From: Bacteroidales bacterium | GTDB lineage: Bacteria > Bacteroidota > Bacteroidia > Bacteroidales > VadinHA17 | Length of the DNA stretch: 64,000 bases | Direction: 5' to 3' | Assembly: GCA_021371855.1 (NCBI GenBank) | Contig: JAJFVL010000046.1 | Span: forward strand, 53,897-117,896 | In this document: positions 9,413 to 17,651 of the stretch, in pieces | How the letters are laid out: every line of letters begins with the position of its first letter | Numbering within the stretch: the stretch's first letter is position 1 | Translations under genes and position numbers: made by a program | Notes under the pieces: model-generated | Databases searched by the model: none | Seen by the model: only the letters and a program-made list of their open reading frames with translations | What the model was told of the DNA's origin: nothing

Positions 9413-10756
9413 TTACTCCGTCACATGCCTCATCATCTTATCGGCAAACTCAGCAGCGGTGGTGTTTTTAAAATACTTCATCCTCTCTCCGAAAATTTCA
9501 GCTATCTCTTTATTGCATAGATTCCCTATACTGCCTTCATGGACATAATCTGATAATGAGGTTCTTGAAAATGAGGAATTCTTGACCATTGCCGCGACTG
9601 CCTTATATGCATCTCTGAATGGCATACCCTGTCTTACCAGCCGGTTGACCTCTTCTGTACTGAAAATAGTATTATACAGCGGATTCTCTGTAATATTCTT
9701 CTTTACCTTTATATTATTGAGCATTAAAAGCATTATCTCAATACACTCCTCTACTTCACTGAATCCATTAAATACCAGTTGTTTCAGTAATTGAAGATCC
9801 CTGTTATATCCCGACATGAGATTGCTGTTCAGGTTTGCAATCTGGATGGGAAGGGTTTGAATCACATTTGATCTGGCTCTGATGAGTTCGAAAACATCAG
9901 GATTTCTTTTCTGGGGCATAATGCTTGAACCCGTAACATATTCATCAGGAAAATCTATGAATCTGAATTCTGCACTCATATAAATACAGATATCCATTGA
10001 AAAACGAGAAAGGGTCTGGGCAACTGATGCCAGAGCAGCGGCAACAGCCATTTCAATCTTTCCCCTGCTCAGACTTGCATAGGATGAGTTGTACAACAGA
10101 TTATCAAATTCCAGGAGATCTGACGTCAGTTGCCGGTTTATCGGCAATGTGGTACCGTATCCTGCGGCAGTTCCGAGAGGATTCTGATTATTAAGTGTTC
10201 TGGCTGCGTTCAGCATCACAACATCATCGGCCAGGCATTCGGCATATCCGCCAAACCATAAACCAAAAGACGAAACCATAGCCGGTTGCATATGAGTATA
10301 ACCCGGTAACAGAACTTCTTTATATTGTTCGCTCAGCGACTGTAACCTTGTAAAAAGCCTGCGGACCATAACAGAGAGTTTGTCGATTTCATCCCTGGTA
10401 AAGAGACGTATATCCACTAAAACCTGATCATTTCTTGAACGTCCGGTATGAATTTTCTTACCTGTTGTACCAAGAATTGTGGAAATCTCCTTTTCAATCT
10501 GAGAGTGGATATCTTCAGAATCTTTTTCAATCAACAACCGTCCCTCCTCATCCAGTACAAAAAGGGAATGAAGAGCCTTTAGCATACCATTTTTTTCATC
10601 TTCTGAGATCAGTCCTACATCCTGAAGCATTATCACATGCGCCATCGAACCGATTATATCCCATTTTGTAAGAGCTAAATCGGTTTCCCTGTCCTTGCCT
10701 GCCGTGAATTCAATGATTGCTGGTTCGGGATTGATCCCTTTTTCCCAAAGTTTCAT
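9413..10756 (-). CDS. argH: Argininosuccinate lyase
   Basis: The fumarate-lyase signature GSSIMPQKRNPD is present and the overall length is typical of ArgH. Confidence 0.93.
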   Translation of the reverse strand: MKLWEKGINPEPAIIEFTAGKDRETDLALTKWDIIGSMAHVIMLQDVGLISEDEKNGMLKALHSLFVLDEEGRLLIEKDSEDIHSQIEKEISTILGTTGKKIHTGRSRNDQVLVDIRLFTRDEIDKLSVMVRRLFTRLQSLSEQYKEVLLPGYTHMQPAMVSSFGLWFGGYAECLADDVVMLNAARTLNNQNPLGTAAGYGTTLPINRQLTSDLLEFDNLLYNSSYASLSRGKIEMAVAAALASVAQTLSRFSMDICIYMSAEFRFIDFPDEYVTGSSIMPQKRNPDVFELIRARSNVIQTLPIQIANLNSNLMSGYNRDLQLLKQLVFNGFSEVEECIEIMLLMLNNIKVKKNITENPLYNTIFSTEEVNRLVRQGMPFRDAYKAVAAMVKNSSFSRTSLSDYVHEGSIGNLCNKEIAEIFGERMKYFKNTTAAEFADKMMRHVTE

Positions 10757-10787
10757 ACGTAAATAATTTTTATGTTAATGGCCGTAT

Positions 10788-10851
10788 GGAACCCACATGT
10801 TTGAAAGCTATTCTCATACGTGTTTGTGTTTTTCAGAAACATGTGGGTTTC
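10788..10851 (-). repeat. Hairpin (MITE/REP-like) element, copy E1, in the argG-argH intercistronic space
   Basis: In gene sense the arms are GAAACCCACATGTTTCTGAAA ... TTTCAAACATGTGGGTTCC, with 13 perfect bp. The proximal end is 31 nt upstream of the argH ATG. Confidence 0.8.
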
Positions 10852-10869
10852 ATTCTTTAAAAATTTTAA

Positions 10870-12102
10870 TTACTTTTTCTGGCTAGCTTCAACAATAGCA
10901 TTGTGCGCCATAAGCCTTATAGCATTTATTCTTATAAAGCCCTTACTGTCAGTCTGATCAAAACCTCCTTCGATATCCATGCTTGAAAGCTTTTTGTTAT
11001 AAAGAGAAGAGGGAGATTCACGGCCTTCAATAATAACATTCCCTTTGTAAAGACAGAGATGGACACTTCCGTCAATAAGTTCCTGACTTTTTTCAATAGC
11101 CGCCATCAGAAAATCCATTTCGGGACTGAACCAGAATCCATTATAAATAATTTCTGCAAATTTCGGAGTAAGCATATTTACGAGCCTCATCACCTCCCTG
11201 TCCATAGCTATTCCTTCAAGATCTTTGTGGGCAATATGTAAAACCGTGGCAGCAGGTGTTTCGTAAACGCCCCTCGATTTAATACCGACAAACCTGTTCT
11301 CTACCATATCCAGAAGACCGATTCCGTTCTTGCCTGCAAGCTCATTCAGGTATACGTACATTTCATAAGCATCTTCTTTTATAGTCCCGTCTTCTTTGTT
11401 GATAAGTTTTACCGGTATTCCATTCTTGAAATGGACAACTATCCGTGTTTCCTTATCAGGAGCATCCTGAGGCATAACCATCTTTTCAAGCATGCTCTTA
11501 TTAAGTGTGTACATTGGATCTTCAAGAACTCCGGCTTCATGACTTATGTGCATCAGGTTATCATCCTCACTATAAGGCTTATCGATACTTGCTTTTACGG
11601 GAATCTTCTTATCAGAAGCATATTTAAGAAGATCTGTTCTTCCTTTAAATTGTGCAAGGAACTCCTTGTCCTTCCATGGCGAAATAACCTTAACTCCCGG
11701 CATAAGTGCATAATAACAAAGTTCAAACCTTACCTGGTCATTGCCTTTGCCTGTTGCACCATGTGCTACTGCTGTGGCTCCCTCCTCTTTTGCGACCTCA
11801 ATCTGCTTTTTGGCAATCAGTGGCCGTGCGAGAGCAGTTCCCAAAAGGTACCTGTCCTCATATATAGCATTTGCCATTATTGCTTTAAGCACATATTTTT
11901 CAACAAATTCCTTTTTTAGGTCAGCTATTATTACTTTGGAAGCACCAAGAAGTAATGCTTTTTTCTCGCATTCCTCGAAATTTTCTTTCTGTCCTACATC
12001 TCCGATGAATGCGATTACGTCATAACCCTTCTCTATTAACCATTTCAATATTACTGAGGTATCCAAACCTCCACTATACGCTAAAACAACTTTTTCTTTC
12101 AT
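10870..12102 (-). CDS. argG: Argininosuccinate synthase
   Basis: The N-terminal ATP-binding motif AYSGGLDTS and [13 protein letters not shown] are present. Confidence 0.95.
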   Translation of the reverse strand: MKEKVVLAYSGGLDTSVILKWLIEKGYDVIAFIGDVGQKENFEECEKKALLLGASKVIIADLKKEFVEKYVLKAIMANAIYEDRYLLGTALARPLIAKKQIEVAKEEGATAVAHGATGKGNDQVRFELCYYALMPGVKVISPWKDKEFLAQFKGRTDLLKYASDKKIPVKASIDKPYSEDDNLMHISHEAGVLEDPMYTLNKSMLEKMVMPQDAPDKETRIVVHFKNGIPVKLINKEDGTIKEDAYEMYVYLNELAGKNGIGLLDMVENRFVGIKSRGVYETPAATVLHIAHKDLEGIAMDREVMRLVNMLTPKFAEIIYNGFWFSPEMDFLMAAIEKSQELIDGSVHLCLYKGNVIIEGRESPSSLYNKKLSSMDIEGGFDQTDSKGFIRINAIRLMAHNAIVEASQKK

Positions 12103-12175
12103 TTTTGTAGAATTTGATATTAATATTTTCCTTTAAACTTTTAATTTTTTGTTTTTGTCATTTCTTAATGAACCA

Positions 12176-12238
12176 GACTTTAAACTTTGAACCTTAAACT
12201 TTGAACTTTTAACTTTTAACTTTGAACTTTTAATCTTT
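12176..12238 (-). repeat. Tandem heptad array, 9 x AACTTTN on the plus strand (AAAGTTN in argR sense), starting at the argR stop codon
   Basis: Read directly: GACTTTA AACTTTG AACCTTA AACTTTG AACTTTT AACTTTT AACTTTG AACTTTT AATCTTT. Confidence 0.85.
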
Positions 12239-12720
12239 TACCCTCTTTTCCTGATCTGGTCATGTATTCCCGGAAGAATTATTTCAAGACAAGTACGTAC
12301 CTGCTGAAGCGTTATTCTGTCTCTCGGTATTAAAAGGACTGTATCATCGCCTGCAATAGTACCGGCTATTTCATATCGTCCCGATCCGTCAATATAAGAT
12401 GCAGTATTGCTTGCATTTCCCGGAATCGTCTTTATCACCATAAGTCCTTTTGCTTCAATAATATCAAGTATCGCCGGAACTATGCTTAATTTCACGGGTG
12501 AACTGGCAGAATTTCTGATATTTTCAGGTAACGAATACTTATATCCTCCTGCACCGTTTGGTATCCTTCCCACACCAAGCTGCCTTAAATTACGGGATAA
12601 TGTAGCCTGTGTACAATTTATCCCTTTCCCTTTCAATTTTTTAAGCAATTCCTCCTGTGTTGATATGTTTGCTTCTGAAACTATTTTTTCAATTTCCAGA
12701 AGTCTTTTTGTTTTTTGCAT
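12238..12720 (-). CDS. argR: Arginine repressor
   Basis: It has a winged-helix N-terminus (ISTQEELLKKLKGKGINCTQATLSRNLRQLGV) and a C-terminal oligomerisation/arginine-binding motif (GTIAGDDTVL). I place the start at MQKTKR (12720), which fits the promoter box at 12739-12746. Confidence 0.88.
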   Translation of the reverse strand: MQKTKRLLEIEKIVSEANISTQEELLKKLKGKGINCTQATLSRNLRQLGVGRIPNGAGGYKYSLPENIRNSASSPVKLSIVPAILDIIEAKGLMVIKTIPGNASNTASYIDGSGRYEIAGTIAGDDTVLLIPRDRITLQQVRTCLEIILPGIHDQIRKRG

Positions 12721-12750
12721 ATTTATACAATATTTCTGCAAATGTATGCA
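12716..12750. promoter_or_regulatory. Candidate pair of ARG-box-like operators in the argR/carB divergent region
   Basis: TGCATATTTATACA (12716-12729) and TGCAAATGTATGCA (12737-12750) are two AT-rich 14-nt imperfect palindromes. Counted as 18-mers they are 3 bp apart, which is the canonical ARG-box spacing. Box 2 covers the argR -7 box and box 1 covers the argR ATG. Confidence 0.4.
12739..12746 (-). promoter_or_regulatory. Candidate -7 box for argR (TACATTTG on the minus strand)
   Basis: The plus strand reads CAAATGTA. This matches TAnnTTTG, 18 nt upstream of the argR ATG. Confidence 0.4.
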
Positions 12751-12788
12751 TTTTTTTATAACATCAAATCTCAATTAAAAAATTTTGT

Positions 12789-12796
12789 TATTTTTG
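12789..12796 (+). promoter_or_regulatory. Candidate -7 box for carB (TATTTTTG)
   Basis: It matches TAnnTTTG but lies only 11 nt before the ATG at 12808, which would give a very short leader. Confidence 0.3.
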
Positions 12797-12807
12797 AACC
12801 TTAAATA

Positions 12808-15800
12808 ATGGCAATGAAAGACGTTATTAAGAAGGTGGTCATCCTTGGATCAGGAGCTCTGAAGATTGGTGAAGCAGGTGAATTTGATTATTCAGGATCC
12901 CAGGCCCTCAAAGCATTAAAAGAAGAAAATGTAAAGACTGTTCTGATAAATCCGAATATTGCAACAGTTCAGACATCCGAAGGTTTAGCTGATAAAATAT
13001 ACTTTCTGCCTGTTACTCCTGATTTTGTTGAAAAAGTTATTTCCAGGGAAAAACCTGACGGTATCCTTTTATCATTCGGAGGTCAGACTGCATTGAACTG
13101 CGGCACCGCACTCTATAAGTCAGGAATATTTGAGAAATATAACGTGAAAGTTCTTGGTACACCTGTCTCGGCAATAATGGATACTGAGGACCGGGAGCTA
13201 TTCGTAAAAAAGCTCAGCGAAATAAATGTTAAAACGCCCAGAAGTATTGCCGTAGACGGAGTTGAAAGCGCAATTGAGGCTGTCGGGAAGCTCGGATTCC
13301 CCGTAATTATCAGGGCCGCATATACACTTGGCGGACAGGGAAGCGGGTTTGCTTCGAATATTGAAGAACTCAGGATCCTTGCTTCAAAAGCATTTTCATA
13401 TACCGACCAGATACTTGTCGAAGAATCACTGAAAGGTTGGAAAGAGGTTGAATACGAGGTTGTGAGGGATAAATATGACAATTGCATCACTGTATGTAAC
13501 ATGGAAAATTTTGATCCCCTCGGAATACATACAGGAGAGAGCATTGTAGTTGCTCCGTCACAGACACTTACAAACAGTGAATATCATAAACTGAGAGAAC
13601 TCTCAATAAGGATAATAAGGCATATAGGAATAATAGGGGAATGCAATGTCCAGTATGCTCTTTCTCCTGATTCCGAAGATTACAGGGTCATTGAGGTGAA
13701 TGCCAGGTTATCACGATCGAGTGCGCTAGCATCCAAAGCAACAGGTTATCCGCTTGCATTTATTGCTGCAAAGCTTGGAATGGGTTATGGCCTGCATGAA
13801 TTGAAAAATTCCGTTACCAAAAATACCACCGCCTGCTTTGAACCGGCTCTTGATTACATCGTATGCAAAATCCCCCGGTGGGATCTTAACAAATTCGAAG
13901 GAGTATCGCATCTCATCGGCAGCAGTATGAAAAGTGTCGGCGAGGTCATGGCTATCGGAAGGACCTTTGAAGAAGTTATTCAGAAAGGCTTAAGAATGAT
14001 AGGGCAGGGAATGCATGGGTTTGTGGGCAACCGCAATCTGTCATTTAAAGACATTGAAAGGGAGCTTTCCGAACCAACCGATATGAGGATCTTCTCAATT
14101 GCCGAAGCTCTCGAAATAGGGATGTCTGTTGAAAGAATATATGAACTTACAAAAATCGATAAATGGTTTCTCTTCAAGCTCAGAAACATCATCAATATAA
14201 AAGATGATCTGTGTAAATATCATGATCTGAAATCTATTCCTGCGGAACTTCTCTCTTACACCAAGGTTATAGGATTCAGCGATTTTCAGATCGCCAGGCA
14301 TGTTCTCAATTCGGGCCCTGCCAGTATCAACGACGACCTGATGAAAGTGAGAAATTACAGGAAGGGTTTAGGGATAGTACCATATATTAAACAAATTGAT
14401 ACACTTGCTGCTGAATATCCTGCTGTCACAAATTATCTATATCTTACCTACAGCGGGTCCGAACACGATATAAGTTGTGAAACTGATAAAAAATCTGTCA
14501 TTGTTCTGGGATCAGGTGCATACCGGATAGGTTCAAGCGTTGAATTCGACTGGTGTTCCGTAAATGCTATAAATACCATAAAAAAAGAGGGATTCAGATC
14601 AGTAATGATTAACTATAATCCCGAGACTGTAAGTACTGATTATGATATATGTGACCGGCTATATTTCGACGAACTGACTTTCGAAAGGGTCATGGATATA
14701 ATTGATCTGGAAAATCCGGGAGGTGTTATAGTTTCCGTCGGCGGTCAGATACCTAATAATCTGGCAATGAGGCTTTACAAAGAGAACGTTCCCGTTCTTG
14801 GCACGTCTCCGGTATCAATCGACAATGCAGAGGACAGGCATAAGTTTTCAGAAATGTGTGATAATCTTGCCATTGATCAGCCCCGCTGGAGAGAGCTTTC
14901 CTCCATTGAGGATATTCTTGAATTTGTCGACCGGATAGGATTTCCTGTACTGATAAGACCTTCATATGTTTTATCAGGAGCCGCAATGAATGTGGTTTCA
15001 AATAAAAATGAACTTTCACATTATCTTGAGCTGGCTGCCCAGGTATCAAAACAATATCCGGTTGTAGTTTCCGAATTTATTGAGAATGCGAAGGAGATCG
15101 AATTTGATGCAGTAGCAAATGAAGGCGAAATGATAACATACGCCATAAGCGAGCATGTTGAGTTCGCCGGGGTTCACTCCGGGGATGCTACAATGGTCTT
15201 CCCTGCCCAGAAGATATATTTTGAAACAGCCAGAAGAATAAAACGCATTTCACGCCAGATTGCAAAGGCGCTGAATATCTCAGGACCTTTTAACATCCAG
15301 TTTCTGGCAAAAGATAATGAGATTAAGGTCATCGAATGCAACCTGCGCGCAAGCCGGAGCATGCCTTTTGTTTCAAAAGTCCTTAAAACCAATTTGATAG
15401 AGCTTGCTACAAAGGTGATGCTAAAAGTTCCGTTTTCCAAGCCCGATAAAACAGTTTTTGAGCTCGATTACGTCGGAGTAAAAGCGCCACAATTCAGCTT
15501 TTCGCGTCTTTCAAAAGCCGATCCTGTTCTTGGAGTTGATATGGCATCTACCGGCGAAGTCGGTTGTATCGGAGAAGGTTTTTATGAAGCAATACTGAAA
15601 GCTATGTTCTCTGTTGGGTACAGGGTCCCTGAAAAGAGTATCCTTCTTTCAACAGGTCCGGCCCGGTCAAAGGTTGAACTTCTTAACAGTGCAAGAGCAC
15701 TTCGGGAAAAAGGTCATAAACTTTACGCGACAAGAGGTACCCAGCAATTCCTGAAAAAGGCAGGTGTTGAAGCTCATGTGGCATATTGGCCCGATGAAAA

Positions 15801-16035
15801 GAAATCACCAAATACTATAGAGCTGATTAAGACCCACCAGGTCGATTTTGTAGTGAATATTCCTAAGGATCTCAGCGCTACAGAACTTAATAATGACTAT
15901 TTAATAAGGAGAAGTGCAGTCGATTTCAATGTTCCCCTTATTACCAATGCCCGTCTGGCGAGTGCATTTATTCTGGCTTTCTGCCGTCTCGATTTAGATA
16001 ATCTGGCTATCAAGAGCTGGGATGAATACAAATAA
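12808..16035 (+). CDS. carB: Carbamoyl-phosphate synthase large subunit
   Basis: 1075 aa with two ATP-grasp halves, an oligomerisation domain and a C-terminal MGS-like domain. The N-terminus reads ILGSGALKIGEAGEFDYSGSQA. Confidence 0.96.
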   Translation: MAMKDVIKKVVILGSGALKIGEAGEFDYSGSQALKALKEENVKTVLINPNIATVQTSEGLADKIYFLPVTPDFVEKVISREKPDGILLSFGGQTALNCGTALYKSGIFEKYNVKVLGTPVSAIMDTEDRELFVKKLSEINVKTPRSIAVDGVESAIEAVGKLGFPVIIRAAYTLGGQGSGFASNIEELRILASKAFSYTDQILVEESLKGWKEVEYEVVRDKYDNCITVCNMENFDPLGIHTGESIVVAPSQTLTNSEYHKLRELSIRIIRHIGIIGECNVQYALSPDSEDYRVIEVNARLSRSSALASKATGYPLAFIAAKLGMGYGLHELKNSVTKNTTACFEPALDYIVCKIPRWDLNKFEGVSHLIGSSMKSVGEVMAIGRTFEEVIQKGLRMIGQGMHGFVGNRNLSFKDIERELSEPTDMRIFSIAEALEIGMSVERIYELTKIDKWFLFKLRNIINIKDDLCKYHDLKSIPAELLSYTKVIGFSDFQIARHVLNSGPASINDDLMKVRNYRKGLGIVPYIKQIDTLAAEYPAVTNYLYLTYSGSEHDISCETDKKSVIVLGSGAYRIGSSVEFDWCSVNAINTIKKEGFRSVMINYNPETVSTDYDICDRLYFDELTFERVMDIIDLENPGGVIVSVGGQIPNNLAMRLYKENVPVLGTSPVSIDNAEDRHKFSEMCDNLAIDQPRWRELSSIEDILEFVDRIGFPVLIRPSYVLSGAAMNVVSNKNELSHYLELAAQVSKQYPVVVSEFIENAKEIEFDAVANEGEMITYAISEHVEFAGVHSGDATMVFPAQKIYFETARRIKRISRQIAKALNISGPFNIQFLAKDNEIKVIECNLRASRSMPFVSKVLKTNLIELATKVMLKVPFSKPDKTVFELDYVGVKAPQFSFSRLSKADPVLGVDMASTGEVGCIGEGFYEAILKAMFSVGYRVPEKSILLSTGPARSKVELLNSARALREKGHKLYATRGTQQFLKKAGVEAHVAYWPDEKKSPNTIELIKTHQVDFVVNIPKDLSATELNNDYLIRRSAVDFNVPLITNARLASAFILAFCRLDLDNLAIKSWDEYK

Positions 16036-16075
16036 AGTTCAAAGTTTAAAGTTCAAAGTTTGAAGTTTAAAGTTT
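16034..16075 (+). repeat. Tandem heptad array, 6 x AAAGTTN, starting inside the carB stop codon
   Basis: Read directly: AAAGTTC AAAGTTT AAAGTTC AAAGTTT GAAGTTT AAAGTTT. It is the inverse complement of the array at 12176-12238. Confidence 0.85.
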
Positions 16076-16109
16076 GTAAAAGATAAAGACCGAAAGACAA
16101 TCAGTCAAG

Positions 16110-16559
16110 ATGATAAAAATCCGCAAAGCTACACCTGAAGATATTTTACCAATTATTGATTTTCAGCAAAAAATGGCATGGGAAACCGAGCAGTTAACTC
16201 TGGTACCGGAAACCGTATCCAAAGGGGTAAGTGCGGTTTTCAAAAATCCCTCACTCGGACAGTATTGGATATCGGAAGATGAGGGTAACGTCATTGCTTC
16301 ATTGCTGATAACATACGAATGGAGCGATTGGAGAAATTCTAATGTCTGGTGGATTCAGTCGGTTTATGTTATTCCTGCTTACCGGAGAAATGGTATCTTC
16401 CGGTCGATGTATTCACATATCAGGAGTGAAGCCGGCAAACAAGGTATTGCAGGACTGAGGCTTTATGTGGAAACTAAAAATTCAAGAGCACAAAAGACCT
16501 ATGAGGCTCTTGGAATGCAAAGTAAACACTACAAAATGTATGAATGGCTAAGGGATTGA
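16110..16559 (+). CDS. GNAT family N-acyltransferase
   Basis: 149 aa. It has the acyl-CoA binding motif region VIPAYRRNGIFRSM and the typical GNAT length. Confidence 0.75.
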   Translation: MIKIRKATPEDILPIIDFQQKMAWETEQLTLVPETVSKGVSAVFKNPSLGQYWISEDEGNVIASLLITYEWSDWRNSNVWWIQSVYVIPAYRRNGIFRSMYSHIRSEAGKQGIAGLRLYVETKNSRAQKTYEALGMQSKHYKMYEWLRD

Positions 16560-16562
16560 ATT

Positions 16563-17651
16563 ATGTACTGGTTCCCGGCTATATTGATTCTTCCATATCT
16601 CCTTTTTCTTGCTAAAATCTACAGGAACCTTTTGAAAATTAAACCTTTTCACCCCGGGAACGGTCCGGGGACATTTGTTTCTGTGGTCGTAGCCTGCCGG
16701 AACGAAAAGCAAAACCTCCCTATCCTGCTGAAAAGTATTTCCATGCAGGATTATCCGGGAGAATTGTTTGAGGTTATTATTGTTGATGATAATTCCTCTG
16801 ACAATACATTTGAGATTGCCTCAGGTTTTACAGGATCCAGTAATGTAATTGCTATATATAATAAAGGTATTGGCAAGAAACAAGCTGTCAGAACAGGAGT
16901 AAATGCTTCATCAGGTTCCCTGATAATAACAACCGATGCCGATTGCAGGATGGGGAAAAGATGGATAAGCACAATAGCCTCATTCCATGAGACACTCAGG
17001 TCCGACATGATAATATGTCCCGTTCAGATAGAATCCCGTCCGGGATTTTTCGGAAGATTCCAGGAGCTTGAGTTTTTAAGTCTGCAGGGGATTACTGCTG
17101 GTTCCGTATTGTCAGGTGACGGAACTATGTGTAATGGCGCAAACCTTGCATTTACAAGAGAAGCTTACCTTAAGCATTCCGGCAATGTGCACGATGAAAT
17201 AGCCTCAGGTGACGATGTTTTCCTGCTGCACAGTCTGAAAAAAGACAACCTGTCTGAAATATCATGGCTTGAATCACCTGAAACAGTTGTAACTGCAGCT
17301 TCATCCCCAACGATAGGTTCGTTCTTAAAACAGAGAAGAAGGTGGATATCAAAAAGCAAAGCTTATGATGACTGGTTCACTATCTTTCTTGGAATTGTAA
17401 CATTTGTTACAATCTTAGTTTCAATTTCACTGTTGATTGCGGTGATTATTAACCCGGAGTTTCTTTGGGTTTTTCTGACCTTCCTGTTATTAAAATCAAT
17501 CCCCGATTTTTTAATCCTGCACAATACTTCAGTGAGATACGGCAAAACAGAACTGATGCACTGGTTTTTGCCGGCACAGATCGTTTATCCTTTTTATGTT
17601 CTTATTGTTGCAGTTTATTCAGTGATACCCCTTAAAAGGCCTGAATATTAA
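16563..17651 (+). CDS. Membrane-bound family 2 glycosyltransferase (processive type)
   Basis: It has an N-terminal TM helix, GT-A motifs VSVVVACRNE, IIVDDNSSD and TDADC, a QRRRW (QxxRW) motif and C-terminal TM helices. Confidence 0.8.
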   Translation: MYWFPAILILPYLLFLAKIYRNLLKIKPFHPGNGPGTFVSVVVACRNEKQNLPILLKSISMQDYPGELFEVIIVDDNSSDNTFEIASGFTGSSNVIAIYNKGIGKKQAVRTGVNASSGSLIITTDADCRMGKRWISTIASFHETLRSDMIICPVQIESRPGFFGRFQELEFLSLQGITAGSVLSGDGTMCNGANLAFTREAYLKHSGNVHDEIASGDDVFLLHSLKKDNLSEISWLESPETVVTAASSPTIGSFLKQRRRWISKSKAYDDWFTIFLGIVTFVTILVSISLLIAVIINPEFLWVFLTFLLLKSIPDFLILHNTSVRYGKTELMHWFLPAQIVYPFYVLIVAVYSVIPLKRPEY

